DNA from: Octopus sinensis
Taxonomy: Eukaryota
NCBI RefSeq assembly: GCF_006345805.1
Contig: NW_021834628.1
Span: 1 to 46,274 of the forward strand
DNA: 46,274 bases
Direction of reading: 5' to 3'
In this document: one piece after another, positions 11,667-23,520 of the stretch
How positions within the stretch are numbered: position 1 is the stretch's first letter
Layout of the letters: every line of letters begins with the position of its first letter
Position numbers and translations under genes: made by a program
The notes under the pieces: model-generated
The model's database searches: none
What the model saw: the letters and a program-made list of their open reading frames with translations, nothing else
What the model was told of the DNA's origin: nothing

Positions 11667-12581
11667 TATGATACGTAACTTTTTTTAAAAAATTGCAACT
11701 TTGTTTTCTGCTGATACAAGTAATTCATCGTGACCAACATATATAATAATATTTAATGAATAGGCATTGGGATGGGCTACATTGAGTATCGAATATAACA
11801 TCATTCAAAGACTTCCTTGACACATTCTTCATTTCCAATCACGATCTGAAACAGTTAAAGAGAAATGGTTTCCGGTGAACATATCTATTCCCTTGGTGGT
11901 GATCAAAAATGTCTGGCAAATGTTCGGAGAAAGACGAAGAACAAATTTCTTTATCTCTTACTTTTTTTCTTCGTCCCCTCTATATTTAAACACAACCTGG
12001 TTTTCTCCTTAGAGGTTACAAAACGAGCAGCACGAGACATTTGTTGATTAAGTTATACAACTTTGGTTGTAAAAAACATGTGTATTATTCATGACATAAA
12101 GATCTTTATAAAACTTGTTTTAGAAGATGTTGGTTATATTGAATAGCATTCAAATATTTTCTCATTGTAGCTAGTTATACCATCATTTTAATGCGAATCT
12201 GTTATTGCTAGATTTATCCTATTGACTACATTTACAAACGTAAGCCACACCAGGTGGTATATCACAGACAATGCTGCTCAATAGGGCGGGTAATCTGCTC
12301 TTATTTGTCTGTGTACATGATTATAAAGCCATCATCTTTCTCTTCGCATTGCCATCCTTCGTCTCTCCCTCCGAACATAACACACACACACACATATGTG
12401 TTCGTATATATATATGTATGTCTATATGTGTGAATGTGCGTGTATGTATGTATATAAGTATCTATATGTAAGTGTGTGAACGCGAGTGTCTGAGTTTGTG
12501 TGCATAAATATATATATATACGCTTATATAATAACGATGATATTAATAATAAGGGTTATTCTTTTCTTCTTCTTCTTCTTC

Positions 12582-12613
<32 letters not shown>

Positions 12614-12632
12614 CTCCTTCTTCTTCTTCTTC

Positions 12633-12684
<52 letters not shown>

Positions 12685-12860
12685 AAACTATTACGTAACT
12701 CCATTTGTTTTACTCATTCTGTAATCGTATTAGGTATACCAAGCAAATATACAGATGAAGCTGGTTTGTGTTTATCTGCCTTTCTACCTCTCTCTCACTC
12801 CCTCCCTCTCTCATTTTTGTCTTTCTCCACACTACCACACATACATGCATACATACATAC

Positions 12861-12905
<45 letters not shown>

Positions 12906-13375
12906 TATGAATGCATGTGAGTGTGTGTGAGTTTTTGTGAGTATGTATGTAGGTTTGTATGTATATATGTATGTATGTATGTATGAATGTATGTATGTAT
13001 GTATGTATGTATGTATGTATGTATGTATGTATTCTCCTGCGTTACCAATACCACATAATTCGGAGTTTAAAAAGTTTGTAATGATTATATATGGAAGTAT
13101 AAAATATGGAACACCGCACACATTATCTGCTATTGTTCAGAAAACGTTCTTATGTAAAAGATAACGTTACACTCATATTAATTATGAATGGATCATATCT
13201 ATGTGATTTCGTTATTCCAGATTTAGTTAAAACACCAACGCTTTCATTCTTAATGCAATGAAATAGATTTTAATATCACCTGTGTTTTTTTTTCTTTTAT
13301 ACATGGAGTTGATTAAACCACAATGGATTTAAATGTATACATACATACACATGTGAACAAAATATATGCCAGTTC

Positions 13376-13425
<50 letters not shown>

Positions 13426-13469
13426 GAATAAATAAATGGAGTTTAACGCAGGTGTAATCAAATATTTTT

Positions 13470-13555
13470 ACTTTCGACACATGTTTCGAAAATTCCACTG
13501 ATACTATTCAAAAGAATAAATGGTATAAACAATGCAATCTTCTCCTCAGGAAAGT
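13470..13555 (-). ncRNA. Minimal type-I hammerhead ribozyme (family A, left arm)
   Basis: ACTTTC-CTGAGGA-GAAGATT...AATTTTC-GAAA-CATGTGT-C-GAAAGT: 6-bp stem I, 7-bp stem II base, GUC site. Confidence 0.8.
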
Positions 13556-14119
13556 GAAAAAAGCGAAACTCGTCAATACGACATTTTAGCAAAAAATGAT
13601 GGATTTGTATAGCGATAGACAGAACGCTATTAATATTGTTTAAAAAATCGTTATATGATATAACGTCATAAGTAGCTAACAGAAAGAGTAGGGATACCAA
13701 TAGTAAATTAAAGTTTAAATTATATGTAATGATAGAGACTACTTATATGCACTAAATGTATGTTTTTGCCAATGCTTACATCTGTATGCTCGTTCCATAA
13801 CCGTGTTTACTAGAGTATTTTTAGAAAAAATAATGAAAAATACTCTAGTAACCACGGTTATAGAACGAGCATACAGATGTAAGCATTGGCAAAAACATAC
13901 ATTTAGTGCATATAAGTTGTCTCTATCATTATATATAATTTAAACTTTAATTTCCTTTATATTTAACATTCACTATTGGTATCCCTACTCTTTCTGTTAG
14001 CTACTTATGACGTTATATCATATAACGATTTTTTAAACAATATTAATAGCGTTCTGTCTATCGCTATACAAATCCATCATTTTTTGCTAAAATGTATTGA
14101 CGAGTTTCGCTTTTTTCAA

Positions 14120-14201
14120 TTTCCTGAGGAGAAGATTGTATTGTTTATACCATATATTCTTTTGAATAGTATCAGTGGAATTTTCGAAACATATGTCGAA
14201 A
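14120..14201 (+). ncRNA. Minimal type-I hammerhead ribozyme (family A, right arm)
   Basis: TTTC-CTGAGGA-GAAGATT...AATTTTC-GAAA-CATATGT-C-GAAA; palindromic ACATATGT stem III; predicted cleavage after C14197. Confidence 0.8.
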
Positions 14202-14456
14202 GTAAAAATATTTGATTACACCTGGGTTAAACTCCATTTATTTATTCATATATTATTCAAAATATTCAACGTAAACACGAAGTTTCTACCTTTATAAACA
14301 AAGAGTTACAACATCTTTAGTTGTGAGATTTTTGCTACCATGGTAACTACTTATTTATTTTTTCCGTGTTAATTGTTAACAAGGTAAAAATACACTCATC
14401 TATTTATATATACATACATACATTATATATATACACACATATATATACATATATGA

Positions 14457-14500
<44 letters not shown>

Positions 14501-14789
14501 ATATATATACATACATAGATACATACATACATATATAATATACATACATATATATAATGGAGGGATACATTTAATAAATATCCTAGAAACAGCTGTAAGA
14601 CCTTCTATATATAAATGCTCTAATATCTACACAGCCTTGGTTTTTTTATCTTATTACGCAAAACATTCTCATATATATATATGTATGTATATTTATACAC
14701 ATGTATCTATAAATTTACTCATACGTACATACATATCTGTGAGTCTATTGATCAGATAGACAGACAGATGTATCTGTCAACACACACAC

Positions 14790-15990
14790 GCTCGGAATGG
14801 TATTGGCCACTACAGGCGACTTTCACATTAACATTGATACCGATAGAATTTATGTGAGACGAAATAACTGCAGTGATAGAGACAGTAGAAACACAAGGTC
14901 AGTGCAAATAACGTTTGAACGTCGCATTGTATCACTGAGACAACACCTGCAGAACAGTGAAAGAAGAATGAGTACATTCTGTGCATATGCATAAGTGGGA
15001 ATTATGTGCAGGTGTTCTGAAAATACAACTGTCTCATTCATGCAACCCAAAGGAGGCTAGACTGGCCTACCTAAACAGAAGCTTGGAGAAGAAGCAGGTA
15101 TCGTATCAACAAAAGGTAATGCATAGGTAAGCTAGATGGCAACAACAACATTGACAGGAAGAGTAACCTCACCCGGATCTGTGATAGATACATTACATTC
15201 CACCTAGAAGGATATACCTTCACTCTCCAGGAACAGAAGATAGTTAATAAATACTTAATAAAGGAGGAGGACAAAGATATCACCAAACCTCTAAGTTGTG
15301 ATAAAAAAATGTCGGCTCTGTTATAACAATGTATTCGAGATACTACCTGACTCTGAGGCAGGCTACAGTTTCAAAGATCACAGCGCTCAGGTATCCAAAC
15401 CTTTAACAAGAAATTCTAGGGACCAATTAAAAAAAAGAAAACCCAGCAAATTTGGACAAACATAACAAACCTGAGATTGTTCTGTGGGACAGGGAACAAA
15501 AGGGATGAATATTTGTAGATGTCAGCTTCCCAGTGAATGTGAATGTACAATCATAATTAAAGGAAGGAAAAAGGCATTTATGGTGAATTAATGTGGAACT
15601 TACCACTCTTGTCCCCTGATTACAAATTCTAATTTGTACGTATCAATATCGGTGCATTGGTTACATACCAACCAATTTACACGAAAGCCGAAAAATACGA
15701 AGTTTTTCGAAGAAAGAACAAAGGAACCCACGCGTATCATCCAAATCCAATCTATTAGTGGCACAGTAAAGATTTATAAGGGATTCCAAGGCTTCCCCGT
15801 CTGAGATTCTTTAGGTGATTATATGAACACACTTGGGGTGTATACATCGACAGTTCAACCAACATACTAACCCAACCATATTCTTACAAAGACCGGGATG
15901 CCTCTTAACTCAAAGCCTTTTGTCGGCTTGTTAGCGAGTTACTTGAACTCTCTTACAAACTTGAATAAAACTTAATGAAAAAATCATACA
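14790..15990 (+). pseudogene. R4/Dong-type (RLE-encoding) non-LTR retrotransposon, decayed 3' part
   Basis: Translated pieces TGDFHINIDTDRIYV...FERRIVSLRQHL, FHLEGYTFTLQEQKIVNKYLIK, KCRLC (zinc knuckle), HNKPEIVLWD...FVDVSFP (PD-D/ExK RLE), IGAL, IQSISGTVKIYKGF follow the conserved R4/Dong C-terminal order; many stops and frameshifts. Confidence 0.75.
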
Positions 15991-15995
15991 AACAT

Positions 15996-16036
<41 letters not shown>

Positions 16037-16797
16037 GTTGTATATTTATATTTGCATATATGTAGGAGTATATTTATCCATGTTTAAACGTATACTGTTT
16101 ATTCGTGTTTAAGTCTCATTAATTTATACTTGATTTTATCAGAAAATAAACGGCTTGAGACGTATGCAAGACTAAATATGGAATATCCTTTCATATTTAT
16201 CTGAACGAATAATGAATATGTATTAGTACTGGTAATAGATATCGTCACTATCTCCCTTTACAAGCAAATTATAACGACCTCATATTTTGAATTTGGAAAA
16301 AAAATTTAATCTGAAATTTGGCAATTCTAAAAATATGCTACAAATTATAGAAATTGATATTCCTTAAAATATGAGAAAGACTATATTCAATATGGTCACA
16401 TATCAATATTTCAAGAAAACCTCATATTCTTTAGATTTTCAACAATATTGGACTGTTAAATGAATGAACATATTCAATTTAGAAGACAATTTAAGTTTAC
16501 AAAACGGTTACCACAGATATGATGTGCTCAGGTATACACACAAGACTAGTATGCCTGCACACAAGTGTGTATAATTATATATGTATGCATACATCCACAC
16601 ACACACACATATATATATATGCATATATGTGTGTGTGTGTATATATATATATGCATACACATACGTAATATATTCATATATATATGTGTATACAGCTATA
16701 TCACTACTTGTGTGTATGCATATATTTTACATTCATGCATATATATATATATATATTTATATGTATGCATCTATATATGTATGTATGTATGTGTATG

Positions 16798-16865
<68 letters not shown>

Positions 16866-17040
16866 TAGGCAAGTATAAAATCGAACATACACATATACAC
16901 ACATATACATAGGTGATGGAAGCGTAATTGCGATATATGAATGGCGGGAGGTTTATATGGTGGATTCCAAGTTACCAAGTTTTATAAAGAATGATATAAC
17001 TATAGCACACATATACACATACACAAGCACTCGCGCACGC

Positions 17041-17074
<34 letters not shown>

Positions 17075-17695
17075 TAATGGAAAACGCATACGCATACATG
17101 TACATAGAAACACACACACCGATAAGAACTAATATCTGCTCTATTATAACAACATCGCATATTCATAGAATGTAATACATTACAAGAATTATAGGATTCT
17201 ATTTGGATATAATGAATACCAAAATTGCTAGCTATCTATTGTCTGATGAGGTGGTACTCTCCAGAAACTCATAGAATGATGCCTGTCCATACAAAACCTA
17301 ATATTTCCATTTCTTATTATTTGCCATTTGTCAAAATTCGATGAAAGACTTAAAAATGGAAAGAAAAGTCATTTAACAAAAAGCCTCAATTTCTAAAACC
17401 TAAAGATTTTGTACATACACACACGTATACACACACAAACACATACACGCAAATATATATATATATATATATATATACATACAAATATGTATGTATATTT
17501 TATCTATATTTATAATATTATTATATATATATATATATTATATATATATATATATATATATGTATATGCAAATATTGAATATGTATATACAAATATATAC
17601 AAATATATATACATACAAACATATATTATTAATAAAGTATATAATTATGCATACATATATACACCTACGTACATATGCATATGTATATATATAGT

Positions 17696-17757
<62 letters not shown>
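17696..17757. repeat. (GATA)n microsatellite
   Basis: Directly visible. Confidence 0.95.
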
Positions 17758-17758
<1 letters not shown>

Positions 17759-18249
17759 AATAACAGATTTACAGAAATTAAACTACAAATAAATATTACT
17801 GACATACACACACATACAAATACATGTGTGTGTTTGTGTGTGTGGTTGTGCACGTGTGTGTGCTTGGCTGTGCACATGTGTGTGTGTATTATTTACTTCA
17901 ACTTTAATTTTTATTCTCTTCATTTCTATAATTCACGTGATTATTTTTGTTCAGTTTTTAAGATGTTCGATTTTACATTCTTTTAATCTGTCAGATGAAT
18001 ACATTCCGTTTTATTTCAGCATAAGCTGTTCTCCCGCTCTCTTAAGCTGTTAGATTTTATTAATCTGAATGTTTGGCAATATTTGTTTATGCAATCACAT
18101 TTATGTCATTGATACTAATGGTGATAATTACACATATTTCCATCCTCCCGTTCATTAACCCTTGTGGCTACTCTTTCTGTGTGTGTAAGTGCGTATCATT
18201 TAGCCTGAAACGATCGCTGGTTAATATGCCGGAAGTTTGAATACGAAGT

Positions 18250-18450
18250 AACGAGTTCTGGCAGAATCCTTAGCACGCCGGGCGAAATGCCTAGCGGCAT
18301 TTCGTCTGCGGCTACGTTCTGTGTTCAAATTCCGCCACGGTCCACTTTGCCTTTCATCCTTTCGGGGGTCGATTAAATATGTACCGTTTGTCTGTCCTTG
18401 TTTGTCCTCTCTGTGTTTAGCCCCTTGTGGGTAGTAAAGAAATAGGTATT
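18250..18450 (+). mobile_element. SINE family A (internal deletion), ending gaaataggtatt
   Basis: ctggcagaatccttagcacgccgggcgaaatgc...gttcaaattccgcc...ccccttgtgggtagtaaagaaatag. Confidence 0.85.
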
Positions 18451-18539
18451 CAAAAGCTTGTAAATAGATGGAAGGAAGTCATAGATAATTAGGGAAAGTA
18501 CATTGATGATTAAATTTAATAAATATATATATGTATATA

Positions 18540-18586
<47 letters not shown>

Positions 18587-18674
18587 TATTAGAGACAAAA
18601 CCACATATTTTGCAAAACAAACAAGGAAAGACTTAATCAATACATAAATTTTAATAAATAGTCAAAAAAAACCG

Positions 18675-18717
18675 CCACTACAATTGTTTCTTGTCTTGAT
18701 CGACAATCTTCAGGTGG
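18675..18717 (-). ncRNA. Minimal type-I hammerhead ribozyme (family B, left arm)
   Basis: CCAC-CTGAAGA-TTGTC gatcaa GACAA-GAAA-CAATTGT-A-GTGG; palindromic ACAATTGT; GUA site. Confidence 0.85.
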
Positions 18718-18763
18718 ACTTCCAATAAGTCAGTTTCATAATTTGAAATGACTTATTGGAAGT

Positions 18764-18806
18764 CCACCTGAAGATTGTCGATCAAGACAAGAAACCATTG
18801 TAGTGG
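18764..18806 (+). ncRNA. Minimal type-I hammerhead ribozyme (family B, right arm)
   Basis: CCAC-CTGAAGA-TTGTC gatcaa GACAA-GAAA-CCATTGT-A-GTGG; predicted cleavage after A18802. Confidence 0.8.
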
Positions 18807-18982
18807 CGGTTTTTTTGACTATTATTAAAATTTATGTATTGATTAAGTCTTTCCTTGTTTGTTTTGCAAATAGTGGTTTTGTCTCTAATAATATTTATAA
18901 TATTTACTATAAAAATTGGATTTAATCCTAAATCTGATTTTTTCCCTGTAAATTTGGATTATTCCTAATATTATTATTATAT

Positions 18983-19013
<31 letters not shown>

Positions 19014-19024
19014 CATATATATAT

Positions 19025-19300
19025 AAACATAATTAAAAAGGGTAATAACATAAGTTATTATTAACAGTGGCCTAGCACTAAAGACGAATTAGTCATTAGA
19101 CAATATATTTTCGTATAGAAATATAATAAAGCTCCCAAATAAGGAAGCAAGTGTTAGAAACCACAAAGAGGGATAAATTCATCAAGGAATGAAAATCAAA
19201 AACATTACCATTATAGATGTATCCCAGACTGATCAGTTTCTACCTCTTTCTAGCAAAAATACAGAATATGGGTTGCCCAGGCAAGGTTCGTCAGTGGTTG
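19025..19300 (-). mobile_element. Probable PLE 3' end (family H) running into (TA)n
   Basis: Hammerhead at 19224-19297 followed on the minus strand by about 200 nt of AT-rich sequence and then (TA)n. Confidence 0.6.
19224..19297 (-). ncRNA. Minimal type-I hammerhead ribozyme (family H)
   Basis: CCA-CTGACGA-ACCT...AGGT-A-GAAA-CTGATCAGT-C-TGG; perfect 10-nt palindrome ACTGATCAGT; GUC site; one extra A before GAAA. Confidence 0.75.
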
Positions 19301-19401
19301 AGCCTTCCAATCTAGAGATGCACAGAGCGTTAGAACAGTGTAGCTCTAACGGTTTGTAAATATATATATATATATGTATATATATACTATATATATATAT
19401 A

Positions 19402-19453
<52 letters not shown>

Positions 19454-19470
19454 TTACATACTATATATAT

Positions 19471-19515
<45 letters not shown>

Positions 19516-19534
19516 TAGATATATATATATTATA

Positions 19535-19787
19535 TGGCCCAGTGGTTAGGGCAGCGGACTCGCGGTTTCGATCCAAGACTGAGCGAAAAACCTAAAACTC
19601 CACGAGGCTCCGGCGGGGGGTAATGGCGATCCTGCTGTACTCTTTCGCCACAATTTTCTCTCACTCTTTCTTCTGTTGGCCTGCTCGCTTAGGCAGCGGG
19701 ATGCGTCATTTGAGGCTAAAACAATGCGAAGCGCATTGTGACCAGCGATGTGTAGCAACATCTGATAGCCTGGTCGGTCACGATGAT
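19535..19787 (+). mobile_element. tRNA-derived SINE (same family as 1-330)
   Basis: tggcccagtggttagggcagcggac (A box) and ggtttcgatcc (B box), followed by the shared gaggctccggc body. Confidence 0.8.
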
Positions 19788-20559
19788 ATAAATACGTATA
19801 TATATATATTTATGTGTGTGTGTGTGTGTGTCTGTGTATATCACCGTGATATATATATATATACTGTCTCGTAGCCTAAGGTCTTTATTTTATATGTACA
19901 ATTATAAATGAACCAACTAACTGTGCCTCGTCTGTTTTCAGCACTGTTCCCCTTTTATGTTCGCTCATTTATTCCAAGCAATATATGCTGTTGACGCATA
20001 CAATGTGATTAAAAAGATTTTTCCTGCAACTATACGGACAGTTAAGTTTTGATATCTGTATGAAAGTGTCCGGTGGGGAAGCAATAAATCTACATTTATT
20101 TACCTATATCACAATATCCTATGTGTTCGAAAATTTGAGTCAGAATGAGTGTAAGAATGGAGTATCTATTAACTTTTCATTTCTATATAATATAAAAGCA
20201 CAAGTATTATCATTTAGGTCCGTATGTATAGAAATATATTTACTGTATTTTCTTTGTACAAATGCCAAATACAGCATTAATAACATCTATGTCTTCTTAT
20301 CTCTCTGTATCTAATAACATCTACGTCTTCTTATCTCTCGCATTTAATCACATGTTTGGTGCATATGATCACTGAAGTCTGTGGTAAATGGCATCAACTC
20401 ACTCAATATTTGGCTGACTAATATAACACAGCAGACAAGATTTCAGTGTGGTAAAACAACAAAACTAGGTGTGCGACTAATAACCTAAATAGCTGATAAA
20501 AGGAACATGCCGCGAGAGAGATAAAATCACGTTTGAAGAATATTGCCATAAAATCCTTT

Positions 20560-20960
20560 TGAGTTAGAAAATGTTGACAATTTTAACAATTCTTCCGGCG
20601 TTTTATTTCCACGAGGAGGTTTTTCGATCTTTCTCAAAGGCTGCCATTACTTTCGAGGCAGACTTCTTGATACACTAAATATTTCGGCTGTTTTCGTTAC
20701 TCTAGCGCCTGCCATACGAGCACCAACAATTTGACACCTTTGAAAGTCCGATAGATCTGTCATTTTAATGAATGAATTTTAATTACCTTTTTCTGTTGAT
20801 ATCTGAAAAAAACCCAGCAATTTTAGCAAAACATATTAAGCAACACTAATAATAAATTAAAAAAAACTAAAAATAAATAAGCTTTTGACGGTTTTATAGA
20901 TTTTCAAAATTATGATGCTATTATGCTAGGTGTTTCCGTTATTTTGTCCAACCCCTCTAT
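20560..20960 (-). mobile_element. Tc1-like DNA transposon: left TIR plus transposase N-terminus
   Basis: Minus strand begins TA-gaggggttggacaaaataacggaaacacc (Tc1-type TIR). ATG at 20763 gives MTDLSDFQRCQIVGARMAGARVTKTAEIFSVS...SKVMAAFEKDRKTSS (paired-like HTH), then frameshift and stop. Confidence 0.85.
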
Positions 20961-20992
20961 ATATATGCATATATATATATATATATATAATA

Positions 20993-21244
20993 AATATTAG
21001 GGAATGAATCCAAAATTACAGGGAAAAATCAGATTTAGGGTTAAATCCAATTTTATAGTAAAATATTATATAATATAATTCGAGACAAAACCACTATTTT
21101 AAAACCAAACAAGGAAGACTTAATCAATACATAAAATTTTATATAAATAAAAATAATTATTTAATTTATATTAAAATTTTATGTATTGATTAAGTCTTTC
21201 CTTGTTTGGTTTTAATATGGTTTTGCCTCGAATTATATTATATA
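20993..21244. mobile_element. Fold-back of family B truncated before the hammerhead (arms about 21067-21140 and 21173-21244)
   Basis: The left part is the reverse complement of 18820-18972; the right arm aaaattttatgtattgattaagtctttccttgtttgg...ctcgaattatattata inverts it; (TA)n on both sides. Confidence 0.85.
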
Positions 21245-21288
21245 TTATATATATATATATATATATACTATATTATATATATATATAA

Positions 21289-21319
<31 letters not shown>

Positions 21320-21419
21320 CTACTATGCATATGTATATATATATACATATATATATCATTATATATATATATATATATATAATATATCTATATATATAGT
21401 CGGAATTTACATAAAACAA

Positions 21420-21545
21420 ATAAAAAAAATTACGAAGACGTGTGTGTAAACAACAAAGAGATGTATTAGTTTAACGCCGGGAAGTGAGAAAGTATTTTAT
21501 GTTTCGAGCCTACGCTCTTCAACAGCAGGAACGCGAAATAAAAAA
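21420..21545 (-). mobile_element. Repeat family D copy with variant hammerhead (about 21495-21530)
   Basis: Minus strand CTGTTGA-A-GAG cgtagg CTC-GAAA-CAT-A-AAAT; stem III mutated. Confidence 0.65.
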
Positions 21546-21695
21546 GAAAGACAAAATAAAAAAGAAAGACAAAATAAAAAAGAAAGGTTTACTGGCTAGT
21601 GATCAATGATGGCGAAATATATAAACAGAGAGAGAGGACAGACAGACAGACAGATCTACATCCATCTGTGTGTCTATCTATCTCTATCTATCTAT

Positions 21696-21738
<43 letters not shown>

Positions 21739-21739
21739 G

Positions 21740-21842
<103 letters not shown>

Positions 21843-22225
21843 TAGAGAGAGCGACTAAAAGTGATAATAATTCATGGAGGGAAATTATAAATATTTTAAT
21901 GCATCATTCTGCGCGTTTCCACTACTTACCTGATCCTTGCAATAATAGCCCTGCAGCCGTCATAATAAAATATAGATTCTTATATGCATACTCAAAAACG
22001 TTTCTCGTAAAAGAACATTAAATTCAGTAAAACCTCACTTTACGAGGGCCCGCTTTATGAGCTTTTACGAGTTTTATATTCTATTTAAGATTTTTCTCTA
22101 CGCGAGCCTTCTCCAAGAAAGAATTAACTTGTATATCGAGGAATTACTATGTGCATGTATGTATATATATATATATCTATATATATATATATATTTAAAA
22201 AAGGAGATGTGGAACACGAGTTGTG

Positions 22226-23512
22226 ATATATAAAAAAAGGAAATGAAGAAAATGCTGACAAAATAATTTTAGTAAGGGAGAGTGTATTTAATTAGGTGAA
22301 AGTTCTTTTTTTAAAACAAAAAAAAGAGAAAAATTGGGTTAGAATACAATGTTAATTTTTTGTGAATGATTTCAGTGTATAAGAAAAAAAGTAAGCATCT
22401 TTTACATTTCCAAAAAATAGTGTTGGATGTTTTGCAAAACATCCAACACTATTTTGGGGAAATGACTGTAAATATTGACTTCACTCAAACACGTTGCTTC
22501 CCGATACAGGCACAAGGCCAGCAGAACTATAAATATTGAAAATTGTACCCACACACGCACACATATATACCGCGCGCGCCGCCCCAACATACATATAAAC
22601 ACACACACACACACACGCGCGTGCACACATACATACATATAGCTCTTCCTGTCCTAAACGAACTTACTTTTCAGCTCAAATTCAGTCAAGCGGAAAATAC
22701 ACTCCTTAACTACGCGCTAAAAAGCTATTCAAAATATCCACATGACGTCTACTGACCAGCCTGAACAATAAGAATTTTCAACAACGCTATTTTCGAAAAC
22801 TCCATACACCACCTACACCAACATTCATTCTAAACATTCACGTGACCTCTCTATTATGACCACATTCACGTGACCTCTCTATTATGACCACATTCACGTG
22901 ACCTCTTTATTATGACCAATAAGAAAATTTAGGCGCGATACCAGCCAAATTTTAACATCTCTGGAGCCTATTTTCTTACCCCAACACCAACTTCCATTCA
23001 AACATTCACGTGACTCCTTTATAATGACCAATCAAAATTGTATTGACCATTGTCCACAAGAAATTTTAGACGCGAAACCAAGCAAATCTTAAACAACTCT
23101 GGAGCCTTTTTTTTCACATATAAGAGACAGCAAACCCAACATAAAGTCAGATAAGAGGAAAAAATCAATCAGAAAGGAACTCTATCTCACTCAAAATATA
23201 TTTTGATTAGCATAACAAATGCGCAACCGGTAAACTCTTACTTTTTTTATCCTACACTGAAATCTGACATTGAACTTTTCCACAAAAAACTGTATATTAC
23301 TCGCTTTTACTAAATAATTTATTCTGAAACAGAACACTGTAAAGACTCTTACTTTTTTCTTATACACTGAAATCATTCACAAAAAATTAACATTGTATTC
23401 TAACCCAATTTTTCTCTTTTTTGTTTGTTAAAAAAGAACTTTCACCTAAATTAAATACACTCTCCCTTACTTAAATTATTTTGTCAGCATTTTTCTTCAT
23501 TTCCTTTATATA
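22226..23512. mobile_element. Non-coding element of about 1.3 kb with long (about 175 bp) terminal inverted repeats
   Basis: 22226-22405 is the reverse complement of 23338-23512 (aaggaaatgaagaaaatgctgacaaaataatt...gggttagaatacaatgttaattttttgtgaatgatttcagtgtataagaaaaaa). Confidence 0.75.
22833..22916. repeat. 3 x 28-bp tandem repeat containing CACGTG
   Basis: cacattcacgtgacctctctattatgac x3; degenerate fourth copy at about 23001-23029. Confidence 0.9.
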
Positions 23513-23520
23513 TTATATTA

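Larger units (their letters stand above)
13422..14251. mobile_element. Fold-back palindrome A: arms 13422-13822 and 13836-14251, 13-nt spacer, one hammerhead per arm; probable PLE-derived end
   Basis: The arms are reverse complements with roughly a dozen differences by eye, including an 18-nt insert in the right arm. The ORF track shows the same 80-aa pseudo-ORF on both strands. Confidence 0.9.
18581..18972. mobile_element. Fold-back palindrome B: arms 18581-18738 and 18744-18896, plus arm continuing to about 18972; one hammerhead per arm; (TA)n on both sides
   Basis: Near-perfect inverted repeat with 5-nt loop taatt; the family recurs at 20993-21244 and 40800-41093. Confidence 0.9.

Noticed and set aside
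13458-14215. Pair of near-identical 80-aa ORFs on opposite strands, suggesting an inverted gene duplication
   Set aside because: TTG starts, no homology; a by-product of the fold-back palindrome, overlapping the ribozymes.
17238-17278. CTGATGAGG...CCAGAAAC hammerhead core
   Set aside because: Core and a short stem II are present, but stem III, the NUH site and stem I do not pair; at best a dead relic.
19535-19575. tRNA gene
   Set aside because: A and B boxes only, with no cloverleaf, and it continues into a SINE body. The same applies to the other SINE heads.
22833-22916. CRISPR-like 28-bp repeats
   Set aside because: Repeats are directly adjacent with no spacers, the context is eukaryotic, and there are no cas genes.
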